From Octopus bimaculoides (Eukaryota), in assembly GCF_001194135.2 (NCBI RefSeq), contig NC_068984.1, forward strand, positions 95,215,961 to 95,279,790: a stretch of 63,830 nt of DNA, written 5' to 3'. Position 1 is the first letter of the stretch. Each line of letters opens with the position of its first letter. Positions 13,344 to 25,421 of this stretch are shown piece after piece. The position numbers and the translations under genes are program-made. The notes under the pieces were generated by a model. The model saw only the letters and a program-made list of their open reading frames with translations. It was not told the DNA's origin and did no database searches.

Positions 13344-14131
13344 TTGGTAGCTTAGAAATATTTAGTTGTTTGGGTACTCTAGGTTGAATGAAGCTGTAAT
13401 TAATGTGAGAATTAATTATCAATTTAAGAAGTACCTTGAGTAACTGTTTGATCTTTATTGCACAATATTTTATCCCCTGAAGTGCAGCATGGTTGAGACA
13501 GCAGTATTGTATTCCATTCATTACAGTATTTGTTTTACTCCCTTTCAGTTTTTGAGATCAAATCTCTTCTGGTTTAACTTCATGTTCATCATTCTGTAAC
13601 TGACAAAATTAGTATTTCTGTTAATTATATGGAATTCAGTTGATGATACTCTTTGAAAAATGGCCTTTTGACCATTCAAAGTAGTATATTTTGCCTGGTG
13701 AGTGTGTTCTGTAAGAAGCTTAGTATGATTTACTTTGTTGTTCAATATTTTAAACTATCAAAGTGTTCAGTGCTATATCTTAGGGACAATCTATTCTGTA
13801 CATCAAATGTTTCAGTTCAGTTCTATCTTGTTGTGTAGCTTCTACTCAGCTCTAATTTAGTAGACCTATGATCAGAGATTTCCTAGCTTTGACCATCATG
13901 TCTTATTTTCAGACATAAGTAGTTTGTCTAGGATTACATTATCTATTATTTTCTCTTTTAGTTAGACAGCAGACTGTGATTTGAGAGATAAATTTGCTGT
14001 TTCTAGCGAATTCAATGACATACATTGGCTATATATTAGGGCTAATTGCTGACATAACTACTTTCAATAACTTTATATTAGCTGTAGGCTTTTTTGCAGT
14101 TCTCAGATTGTAATGCAACATATGAATAATT

Positions 14132-14255
14132 TAGCATGAGTTGGACAATTTGACTGAGGACTGGTGTAGCCATCTGGTTTCACCAGTCCTCAGTCAAATC
14201 GTCCAACCCATGCTAGCATGGAAAGCGGACGTTAAACGACGATGATGATGATGAT
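14132..14255 (+). mobile_element. RTE 3' tail with an inverted 35-bp duplication (hairpin)
   Basis: Arms 14132-14166 and 14181-14215 match at 33/35; ends in aaacgacgatgatgatgatgat. Confidence 0.85.
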
Positions 14256-15590
14256 TTAGTTAGCAGAAATGTTTCCATTTAAGATAATACTAACACTGCT
14301 CTGATATTCTATAATGCACAATAAACCAACACATAATTGTCATTTAGTTGCTGTTGATGTAACTTGCACAAGCTTATCCATTTCCTGATTACACATTGAG
14401 AGAAAATTATAGAATATTTTCTTATATTTGTCTTTGAGTATTATTTTATCTCCATGCTATGGTCTCTTTGCTGTGTTAGGTTTAAATTTGGAAAACTTCT
14501 CACAGTCACTCTCCATACTTCATGTATACAATAAATTCATGGCTACATTTGCATCAAAACAAAATTGAGAAAGTTATTTCTACCATTGTGAATAATGACA
14601 TTGAATGACATGATTCTCCAACCCATAGCTAAGTTTTTAAGTACGCTCTAATTGAAGCAGCCTCATCCTCCTGACTGATATCAAAACAATCCTTGTTCCC
14701 ACTCATCATATTTTTGTAACTGCTTCTAAAGAAGAGGTAGTTGTAGCAGTTGTGTGGATGACTTGTGACCAGGTTACCTTAAAAACATAACTTTGTTGCA
14801 CTCTGCTGTAGCTGATGAATGTCTGCTTCAGTCAAACACCCCTCTAGAAAATAGCTTGCTCCAACCCAACCTCTTCATTATACTTACAACCTTTTCATAA
14901 TTCACAGTTGCTTCAATGTCTCTAGGATATAGCCAATAAACACAACTGGAACAATCTCAACACAAGAATCCAGTTGTCACTTTACCAGCGCTTTCTTTGA
15001 CTAGGACCCTTCTTGACAATGAGTGCACTCACATCAGATTTGTCCTGCACCATTGCTGACAAGTTCAGATTGCTCCAACATTGTTGTCATTACACTATGG
15101 GATATGTTTCCTTTGCTATGTGACAGTGTTATTAAAAAACAGCATTAATGCTGCCAGTTTTCTATTACAACTAGAGCCTGTTGGCTTTGATGGCAATAAT
15201 GGAAGGCATCTGGATAAGATAACCTTTTTACATTCATGGGAGGAAAGTTGCTTATCTGAGAGGCTACTTGTGTGACTCATTCTCCAATCTTGATCTTTTC
15301 ACTTTGGCCCTGAACCTTTTCAAAACAGAGAGGAGTGGTAGATAACTAAGTGCAGTCATTAATGGGAAGTTTCCTTTTCATACAGTTGTTGTTGAGACCT
15401 CTGGTGCTCTCAGTCTCTAGACTACTGCTTTACAAATTGGAATGGAGTCATTATGGCTGATGCAAAGAATATTGCTGGTTGTTCTTTATGATGGCAGTTT
15501 TGCCATTTTGTTTATGGGATGTAGATTGTTCAAAAATTGTACTGAGTTTTTTTTAATATACAATAAAAGATGTTTTGTAAAGTTCAACAT

Positions 15591-15965
15591 AGGTGCAGGA
15601 GTGGTTGTGTGGTAAGAAGCTTGCTTCATAACCCCATGGTTCTGGGTTCAGTCTCACTGCTTGGCACCTTGGGCAAAAGTGTCTTCTACTATAACCTTGG
15701 GTTGACCAAATCCTTGTGAGTGGATTTGGTAGATGAAAACTGAAAGAAACCTGTCATATATATATATATATATATATATGTATTTGTGTGTCTGTGTTTG
15801 TCCCCCTCACCATCACTTAATGCCGATGTTGGTGTGTTTATGTCCCCGTAACCTAGCGGTTTGGCAAAAGAGACCAAGAAAATAATTACTAGGCTTACAA
15901 AGAATAAGTCTTAGGGTTGATTTGTTCAACTAAAGGTGGTGCTCCAACATGAAACAAGTAAAAGA
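15591..15965 (+). mobile_element. tRNA-derived SINE family 1
   Basis: A-box-like gtggttgtgtgg and B-box-like gggttcagtc; internal (AT)n; same body as 44196. Confidence 0.85.
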
Positions 15966-16454
15966 ATAAATGAAAAATATCTTTTGTTAAATTATGTTAT
16001 AAATCACCACATGAAAGTAAAGTTTGTGATTTTATTTAACCCATGGAATTTTTTTATTGTATATTTTTTATTAGGCTTAATATCTTATTTTTGGAAAAGA
16101 AAGTGCTTTTTATTCATCCTCACAATTTCTAAATATTGTCTGAATCATAATCATAATCATCAACATTTTCATAGCTTCTTTTTCATTTCTGGTATAGATT
16201 TGGAAGTCTGCAGTACGGCATATCTCTGTCATATTCCCTTGCAATATCTTAATATTTTCAAACCTCATCTTTTTTTTTGTATCATCTTCAATCTACTTGT
16301 ATTATGGTTGTGTCTTCTATCAGTTTGTAGCAGTTATCATCCTCCCTAGTTGAGCCTGCTATATATTCTCCCAATGTCTTTGATAGCCAGTCATTTTTAT
16401 TCCTGTTCAATCTTTCCAGACCTGTAGAAATTCTTACTCACAGAACCAATTCTA

Positions 16455-19045
16455 TCATCATCCACTTTCCATGCTAGCATGGGTTGGACGATTTGACTGA
16501 GGACTGGTGAACCAGATGGCTACACCAGGCTCAAATCTGATTTGGCAGAGTTTCTACAGCTGGATGCCCTTCCTAATGCCAACCATTCTGAGAATGTAGT
16601 GGGTGCTTTTATGTGCCACCGGCACGAAGGCCAGTCAGGTGGTACTGGCAACGGCCACACTCAAAATGGTGTATTTTGCATGCCACCTGCATAGGAGCCA
16701 GTCCAGCGGCACTGGCAACGATCTCGCTCGAATGTCCTTACACGNNNNNNNNNNNNNNNNNNNNNNNNNNNNNNNNNNNNNNNNNNNNNNNNNNNNNNNN
16801 NNNNNNNNNNNNNNNNNNNNNNNNNNNNNNNNNNNNNNNNNNNNNNNNNNNNNNNNNNNNNNNNNNNNNNNNNNNNNNNNNNNNNNNNNNNNNNNNNNNN
16901 NNNNNNNNNNNNNNNNNNNNNNNNNNNNNNNNNNNNNNNNNNNNNNNNNNNNNNNNNNNNNNNNNNNNNNNNNNNNNNNNNNNNNNNNNNNNNNNNNNNN
17001 NNNNNNNNNNNNNNNNNNNNNNNNNNNNNNNNNNNNNNNNNNNNNNNNNNNNNNNNNNNNNNNNNNNNNNNNNNNNNNNNNNNNNNNNNNNNNNNNNNNN
17101 NNNNNNNNNNNNNNNNNNNNNNNNNNNNNNNNNNNNNNNNNNNNNNNNNNNNNNNNNNNNNNNNNNNNNNNNNNNNNNNNNNNNNNNNNNNNNNNNNNNN
17201 NNTCTTCTCATGCACAGCATATTTCCAAACGTCTCGGTCAGAAGTCATCGCCTCGGTGAGGCCCAATGTTCGAAGGTCGTGCCTCACCACCTCATCCCAG
17301 GTCTTCCTGGGCCTGCCTCTTCCACAGGTTCCCTCAACTGCTAGGGTGTGGCACTTTTTCAAACAACTATCCTCATTCATTCTCGCCACATGACCGTACC
17401 AGCGCAATCGTCTCTCTTGCACACCACAACTGATAATTCTTAGCTCTAACTTTTCTCTCAAGGTACTTACACTCTGTCTAGTATGCACACTGATATTNNN
17501 NNNNNNNAACCTTCCTTTGATATTGCTGCACCTCTTATGTGTCCATAGCTTGCACTTATAAAGTTTCTACCTATGCTTTTTCTACAGATTCAGTAGGGCC
17601 ATCTACCTGAAGGGGTTTGTGTTTTTTCTGCCTTCCTACTTATGAGGACTTTAGTTTTAGCTAGGTTGACTCTAAGGCCCTTTGATTCTAGTCCTTGCTT
17701 CTACACCTGAAACTTTTCCTCTAGTTCTGATAGTGACTCCACAATTAGTGCAAGGTCATCAGCATAGAGGAGCTCCCAGAGGCATCTCGTCTTGAATTCC
17801 TGTGTTATCGCCTGGAGGACTATGATAAATAGGAGGGGGCTGAGGACAGAACCTTGGTGGACCCCTACCTCTACCCGGAATTCTTCACTGTACTCGTTGC
17901 CAACCCTCAACTTACTGACAGCGTCTCTGTACATGGCTCGCACAGCTCTCACTAACCATTCTTCTATCCCTAGTTTCCTCATTGACCACCAGATGAAGGA
18001 TCGGGAGACCCTGTCAAAGGCTTTCTCCATNNNNNNNNNNNNNNNNNNNNNNNNNNNNNNNNNNNNNNNNNNNNNNNNNNNNNNNNNNNNNNNNNNNNNN
18101 NNNNNNNNNNNNNNNNNNNNNNNNNNNNNNNNNNNNNNNNNNNNNNNNNNNNNNNNNNNNNNNNNNNNNNNNNNNNNNNNNNNNNNNNNNNNNNNNNNNN
18201 NNNNNNNNNNNNNNNNNNNNNNNNNNNNNNNNNNNNNNNNNNNNNNNNNNNNNNNNNNNNNNNNNNNNNNNNNNNNNNNNNNNNNNNNNNNNNNNNNNNN
18301 NNNNNNNNNNNNNNNNNNNNNNNNNNNNNNNNNNNNNNNNNNNNNNNNNNNNNNNNNNNNNNNNNNNNNNNNNNNNNNNNNNNNNNNNNNNNNNNNNNNN
18401 NNNNNNNNNNNNNNNNNNNNNNNNNNNNNNNNNNNNNNNNNNNNNNNNNNNNNNNNNNNNNNNNNNNNNTAGCATCAGTGGTGCTTTTCCCAGGCATGAA
18501 CCCAAACTGCATCTCATCTAAACTGACTTGCTCCCTAAGTAGTTGGGCTATGACCCTCTCCGTGACTTTCATTACCTGATATAACAGCTTGATGCCTCTG
18601 TAATTATTTGTATCTAAAGCGTCACGTTTACCTTTGTAGCAGTTGACTATGGTGCTGCTACACCAGTCATTGGGTATGACTCCTTCGTGTATCACCTGGT
18701 TAACAATATGGGTGACTAGGCTATAGCTGACACTGCCAGATATTTTGAGCATCTCTGCAGTGATTCCTGATGGGCTGGGGGCCTTCCCTGTCTTCATACT
18801 CTTAATTGCTTTATGTACCATGGTACTGTCAACTCGGATGGCTGGTCCCTTAGTTGGGTCGACATTCGGCAGACTCTCTTTCTCCCATCCGTTCTCTTTA
18901 TTGAGCAATCTTTCGTAGTGGCGTCTCCAAACCTCTTTCTTTGCAGCCTCGTTTAGTGCAAGCGTACCATCATCCATGCGAACACATTTCTCTCCCCTCT
19001 GGCTAAATAAACCTGTCGCCTAGCTTCCCTTCTGGCAGTCTGGGT
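16455..19045 (-). mobile_element. RTE LINE family A, 5'-truncated, spanning N gaps
   Basis: ORFs with NYRGIKLL, MEKAFDRV, VHQGSVLSPLLF, LLYADDL, RLRWYGHV, GRPRKTW; 3' tail with (GAT)n at about 16455. Confidence 0.92.
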
Positions 19046-19354
19046 ATTTATTATTTAGGTATCTGACCAGTAATGTAAAGACTAAGTCAGAAGTTTTGCA
19101 GTCTTTTGGTAACTTACTTGCTCTATTTGTCAAGATGCCATAAAAGCATCCTAGCATTCACAGTAGAGTCCATTGTGTTGTACTGTCTGAAGCCACCTTT
19201 CTGCTAGTTCTTTGATCCCATGCTGATATCAGCTCTTGTCCTTTGAGCTGAAGAACTCCTTCACTGAAGCTTCTGCCTCATCTTGGTTGATGAAGTGCTG
19301 CAAGTGCAGGAAGTGAGCCATTGATCGGAACAAATAATAATTCAAGGAACCTGG

Positions 19355-20112
19355 GTCTAGACCAGTAATTCCCAACCGATCTTTGGCCATGCCCTACTGA
19401 ATCATTTCTAAAATCCTGATGCGCCTTTGTGATATTTAATTTTTGTTATTCAAAATTTGGTTAATGTTTACAATATTACCCGGAAACAATAGCAAAAGAA
19501 AAAATAGTGCAATGGATGTAAAAAAAAATGTGTAGGAAGCGAATATGAAAAAAAAAATGTGCGGAAATCAACGGGGGTGGGGAGGACTTCAGAAAATTCA
19601 TAAGATCCCTCATAACTTTTAGGAAAATGTTTTTTTTTTAAATGAGATTTTACATAAAAACCTTTCAACCAGCATAGATTACGATTATAAACAAATTTGT
19701 GGGAAAATCTTTTCTGAGGGGTGGGGAGAGGACTTCAGAAAATTCACAAGATCCGAGTTTTNNNNNNNNNNNNNNNNNNNNNNNNNNNNNNNNNNNNNNN
19801 NNNNNNNNNNNNNNNNNNNNNNNNNNNNNNNNNNNNNNNNNNNNNNNNNNNNNNNNNNNNNNNNNNNNNNNNNNNNNNNNNNNNNNNNNNNNNNNNNNNN
19901 NNNNNNNNNNNNNNNNNNNNNNNNNNNNNNNNNNNNNNNNNNNNNNNNNNNNNNNNNNNNNNNNNNNNNNNNNNNNNNNNNNNNNNNNNNNNNNNNNNNN
20001 NNNNNNNNNNNNNNNNNNNNNNNNNNNNNNNNNNNNNNNNNNNNNNNNNNNNNNNNNNNNNNNNNNNNNNNNNNNNNNNNNNNNNNNNNNNNNNNNNNNN
20101 NNNNNNNNNNNN

Positions 20113-20144
<32 letters not shown>

Positions 20145-20826
20145 GTAATTAAATAAGTTCAAACTGGGAATTTACTTAAAGTGAAAAAACATTGTATGCA
20201 ACAGATAAGTCGTCTTAATAACATATTTCTGTGTACCAGACCTTTAGCTGTTATTTTTAACATAATGAGTTTTCTGGTGAGGGCTTCAGTTGCCTTCATT
20301 GCCTGTGTGTTGCTTCAGTAGAAATTTACGGATGCACAAACGCACAAAAGGAGAAAATGAAACAAATGTGGGCAACTTGTTCAGAAACACCCACGAGTGG
20401 GGGAACAGTTCTCAAAAACATCCCCCAATTGTTTTCCCCCAAAATTCCTATTTCCTCGGAATCTACATAGTCCAAGGTATATTTGTAGAGAATTTCATTA
20501 AAAAATATCCATTGTCTTGAAAATTAAGACGAATTGAAGTGGACTCTGGTGAATTTTCCGAAATTCCCACCTCAACCCCTCCTAAAACACTTTCCCCTCC
20601 AAATTTTATATATTTGGAATCTACATGATATAACACATATTTGTTCAAAAAGATTTCAGTTTAAACTTTTGGAAAACATGCTCAAAAAGAAACAAAAAAT
20701 ATTCTGTGAATCTTCTTAGCTGCAAAAGTCTTTGTATCAATGATGAAAGTTTTTTCTTGATTTTTTGCTGAATTCACAAAACTGACTGGTGGGAATAAAA
20801 TGACCTGTTAATTTTCATCTTTGTTC

Positions 20827-20858
<32 letters not shown>

Positions 20859-21647
20859 GTGTGTGTGTGTGTGTGTGCGCGTGTGTGCGCGCGCGCGCTA
20901 CCAGTACCATAAATCTCTCTCTCTCTCTCTCTCTCTCTGTCTATCTGTCTCCCTCTCTCTCTCCTCTTTCTTTCTCTCTCTTTCTCTTCCTTCATTGATG
21001 CTACCCCTTACTTCCACTCCATTTCAACCCATTTCACACCATTCAATTCTTTCATCCTTCACCCCCGCAACACCATTTATTGCCCTATCAACACTCTGCA
21101 GCACCACATTTTTCTTGTGTACCTAGATTTTTTTGTCACAGAGATAAAAGAGTCACTACTCTTAGACACACTGGCCCACATAAGTCTGTCTCCAGTTTAT
21201 TTCTCCATAGGGAATTAAGATGGAATTGCTTTCAGTACTGACTAGTTCTATACTACATACATGCATTCAAGCATGCACAAACACACACACATATGCGTTT
21301 GTAATTACCTACATATTTTCACATACTACTAAATCGAAGGAAATAATCTTATTCCCTCTTTCGTGACATCAGATCTTATGAATATGATGAAAATGACCTG
21401 TTGTCTCTAAAGTGTTAAAAATTTGATAAAATTGTCCACAGAAAGGACGTGAAGAATTTTTTTTTAATTACTCATTCTCGAATTGCCCCCCCCCCCCCTT
21501 CTCTTATTGGTATACTAAACATTGTGTACAAAAGTATGCAGCATAACCCTATGCACACCTCACCAAAATATTACTATGCCCCACCAAAATATTACCATGC
21601 CCCACCAGTGGGGCATGCTCCCCATGTTGGGAATCACGGGTCTAGAC
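19355..21647. mobile_element. Non-autonomous hAT-Charlie-like element with 8-bp TSD GTCTAGAC
   Basis: TSD at 19355-19362 and 21640-21647; TIRs CAGTAATTCCCAAC and GTTGGGAATCACGG (12/14); subterminal direct repeats and ATGCCCCAC-CA-GTGGGGCAT hairpin near the right end. Confidence 0.85.
20823..20990. repeat. Compound microsatellite (TA)n(CA)n(GT)n(GC)n...(CT)n
   Basis: Seen directly in sequence. Confidence 0.95.
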
Positions 21648-24600
21648 TATACACTGGGTATGGCATCAGTTCAACTCTCTCAAGTTCCTGGAGTTTATTC
21701 TGGGTCATTCAAGCAATCTGATGTTTTGTGTTGTCTTGCTGCAGAAGAGATTACTCTTTGTTGACCAATGCTGTTTTTTGGCTGTTCAGAGTACAGAATG
21801 AACTCATCACCTTTTGTTCAAAATGTCCATGTTTGGCAACAAGTTCCAAAAGCTAGCCCTTACTTAACCACTGCTTAGGCACATCAGGATTGTGGAAAAA
21901 TATCCAATTTTCATCACGTTATTATCCTCTTCAGGAAATGCAGATCATGCAGATTTTCCAGGATCTCACTGTAAACATCCACTCACCTTTGTGCTTGAGC
22001 TGGTGCTTTTACTGAGGCCGTGAAGGTGACAAGCCACACTGAACTGTGAGATGCCGAGCTCACCTAATACTCTTCAAATGCTACTTTCTGGATTTGCCTC
22101 TATGGCTTGGAGCATGACCTTGGAATCCATGGTTTTAGGTCTATATGACCTTGTTTGAATGTCAAGGTTTTTACAACTCAAGCAAAATTTCTCAAACTAT
22201 CTGACTACTGTACTGTGATCAACTGTGCCTTCACTTTTCACACAACAAAGGGTTCTGGTTGCTTCCACAGTGTTATGGCCCAAATCAAACTCATAAAGCA
22301 TAAGTTTCCAAATTAGACTACATTGTGCGTTCATCTGTGTGGCTTTGAAATCACATGTGGAGTGAAGCAATGTACATGACAGTTCACCAACTGTCATGAT
22401 ACTACTAACCTTAGTGGGCACCTTCCATGCTTTTGAACTGCTTCAGTCACATAATATACACACTGCAAACTAGCACATGCAAATGTTGCAAACCTTTTGA
22501 CTTGCTTTGTAAATAGTTAGTAGACTGTGTTCACAGTTCTCTAACTTGTTTGCTCTTCTTATGAGTTTTTTTTTTTTTGTTTGTCTGTAAGTTTGTTTCT
22601 TAAAAAATTCAGTATTGTAACTCATCTTATGTATGTGTGACAACTATTTCACTGGATGATATCTTAGCAGGTCTTCTGGAGCTATTTTTTTTTGTTTTAT
22701 CATTTTTGTTTGATTTTCTGAAATATTCCTCATGAGATTTTATAACATTTCAGTAAAATGTGATGTTTATTTTAGCCTACAATGCTTTATTTGTAAATAT
22801 AACCCTACTCCTTAAAAACATACTCACAACAACACTATTTTGTTGTGAGTTCTCAACATGGTAGACTTACTAATTTCAATTTTGAATATGAATGATAACA
22901 CAAGTGTTACTGTTTTTTTTTTTCTCAATAAGGTAAGATGTTTGTGAATAAACAGCTGTCTTCTGATAACAGTGTACTCTAAAGTAGCTAAAGCTGATGT
23001 TTTGTTTTGTATTGATTTATCATACTTGCCTATATCTTGTAGTACTACTAATGCATGTAACTTACACCAATAGGTATTCCTTTTGTCAGTTACTGACTGG
23101 GGACCCCACTGATTTCTGAAACCTTTTAAATAGATGTACTAAGTTATATAATTTGTTGATTTTACTTTAGAATATCTGGTAAGCTATGTCTGTAACATTA
23201 TTTGTAAATGTATCTTGTTAAAATAGAACTTAAAATACAAAATAGAATGCGCCTGATATTTAATCATTATTCCTGTGTTCCCTCCATCAATCTGTTGTAT
23301 CTCAAGTTGAAGTCATTTATCATATATACAGTTAGTTGATGATAATTATTTTGGTTCTCTTCTTCCAAGGTTTTTTTATTGACACATTGTTTAACCCTCT
23401 TACTCTTTTTTTGTTCTACAGTCTTTCTCTGAGCACACTTAGTTTATCAGATAAATTATTGATTATTGGTAGAATAGACTAAGTCTAGAGTGATATACTC
23501 CTTTTGGTCACCAGCCTCCTTGACAGAATATTGAAATATCAAGCATTTTTGATTAATTGGAATATCTTCTCTCCATCTACTGTGTTCTATCATTGCCATA
23601 ATCGCCTCTTCTTTGGAATTATATGTACATTCAACCTAGTCAAGCCACTTTGTTGCATATTGTCAACTTAGTCTCATTTTGTTTCTGCTTATATTAAATT
23701 TTGGCAAGAATCTACTTCTTAGAACAATGTCACTTTGGAATTAATATTCATCTCTGTTAAATAACATCAGCATTATCAAGATAATCTCACAATTCCAGAA
23801 AGTTACCATTAGTTTGATTCTTTCTGGAAAACCATATATAAAAAATATCTTACACATTCCCTGACAAATTCAGTACTCCTTTCCCATCCCATGTCTTATA
23901 TAGCCAAAACTGCATCATAAAGACTAAGTATTTTCTTTAGGATAAAAAAAAAATGTTGTTGGCCTTCATTAACTGCTAACTCTCTTCCTTATACTCAAAT
24001 ACGGGCCACATATATTTGATTCATTGGATTCAAAATATGTAAATTGTCTCAACCACAACCAAGGAAAAAATCCAATGAATAAACAGGCAAATCAAATTCA
24101 CTAACAATCATTGACCCATTTCTAAGCTCTATTCTTTCTCAAACTTTCCAACTACTTCAGCAGCAACTGCTCTTTTAAACTTATAAACTCTATACCACTC
24201 TTGCTTAAAATTCCCCCAATTTGTATGACTCTTCATTCATTGTTATCTCTAAGGTGTCTTCTCAGGTTCTTCAACTTTTAACACTTATCCAATCCTTGTA
24301 GAGTTGTTTCCATACTCACTAAAAACCTGTACAAGAACACTTAACCATACTAACAATATATGATTATCTCTCTCCTTCAACTTACGAAAGTCTGAAGAGG
24401 TTGAATATTAACTCTTCAGACTAACAGTAAAACTAAGTTCCTTTGTGTCTTTTGATTTAAACAACTACCTCGACTATCTTTTTTTTTTATTCATAATGTA
24501 TATTATGTTAATACATCTGCTTTAGTGATATGTGCACACTATGGCCTTACATTAATAATTCCCTAACACATTGGAGAAGATATTTTTGAGAAAAATATCC

Positions 24601-25281
24601 AAATGAAGCTTCCAATCAAACCTGAAGCTAATGTGTTCTGTCTGCTTATTTGACAGTGTAGAACTGATAGTGTTACATGTAAGATAAGCAATTATTGGTT
24701 CTGATATCTAATATATGCTGTTTAGTGTATAACTAGTTAATCTTACTGGTATTGTTTTACAGATACTTCTGCTTGCAGACATTTGATGTTACTTACAACA
24801 CAAAACTCAATGTGTTCATGCTAGTCAATCTGTCTACTACTGATGGAGATAGACTGAGTGCATCAAATGCACAGCAGTGTTTTTGCTTTTAAGTAAAATT
24901 TTACATAACCACATTTACCTAGCTCTCTAGAATAGCTACCAAACCTGGAAAGTAACTTCTAATAGTCTGGCATTTTATTAAGTGACTTGTCCACTTAACT
25001 CTATGAAACAAGAGGTAAGCACTGCTCTCTTGTGTCCTTTGATGTTCTCAGATACACAATGGACAACTCAGAAGCATAAACATTGAAACCTGATACTAAT
25101 TTTGTCTTATATACATATTTTACGAAATAATTTAACCTAATTTATCTACCTTACTACCAGCCATTTCACTCCTGTTGGTGTTGTCTCTCCTCATTAAACA
25201 TCTCTCCTTTGCTAATTGAATCCTGTTTGAAAACTCTCTGTATTCAATATTACAAAATATTTGATGCCTTTTTTCTTGCAG

Positions 25282-25421
25282 TCCTATGAAGATGATGCTG
25301 GTGGGGATTTTATGGTTGGCTCGTTCCAAGATTTTGGATATGGTACAGTTGATCAGGAGAATGAAGCTACAGCTTCAAGTTCAGATGAAAAACCACGGAT
25401 TCTGTTGATGGGCCTTCGAAG
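25282..25421 (+). CDS. RRAGC: RagC/D GTPase, first visible coding exon (SYEDDAGGDFMVGSFQDFGYG...SDEKPRILLMGLR)
   Basis: Preceded by polypyrimidine tract and CAG (ends 25281); ends AG|GTCAGT (phase 2). Encodes the DFGYG motif and KPRILLMGLR of RagC/D. Confidence 0.9.

Larger units (their letters stand above)
19076..22511 (-). mobile_element. Decayed mariner transposon, split by a hAT insertion
   Basis: N-terminus LMLYEFDLGHNTVEATRTLCCVKSEGTVDHSTVVR (22197-22421); QDN...PYPVYSLD (about 21640-21735) continues as PGSLNYYLFRSMAHFL...ERWLQTVQHNGLY* (19151-19355); imperfect TIRs with TA at both ends. Confidence 0.85.

Noticed and set aside
14600-15500. Higher-complexity stretch that may be an old transposase or LINE remnant
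   Set aside because: I could not recover a diagnostic motif in any frame, so no family call is supportable.
16603-20162. Long ORFs full of X, also at 40759-41772 and 59757-60097
   Set aside because: Artefacts of translating N gaps; only the flanking RTE fragments are real.
21596-21646. Hairpin followed by CTAG, resembling a Helitron 3' end
   Set aside because: Fully explained by the hAT subterminal palindrome, TIR and GTCTAGAC TSD.
24060-24480. Possible ancient LINE fragment on the minus strand; similar material at 45780-46240 and 48420-48830
   Set aside because: Too degenerate to assign by eye; needs a profile search.
25261-25281. ORF-track N-terminus MMPFFLQ for RagC
   Set aside because: It is the polypyrimidine tract and CAG of a splice acceptor; similarity to RagC starts at SYEDD. 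Kept only as a possible alternative start.
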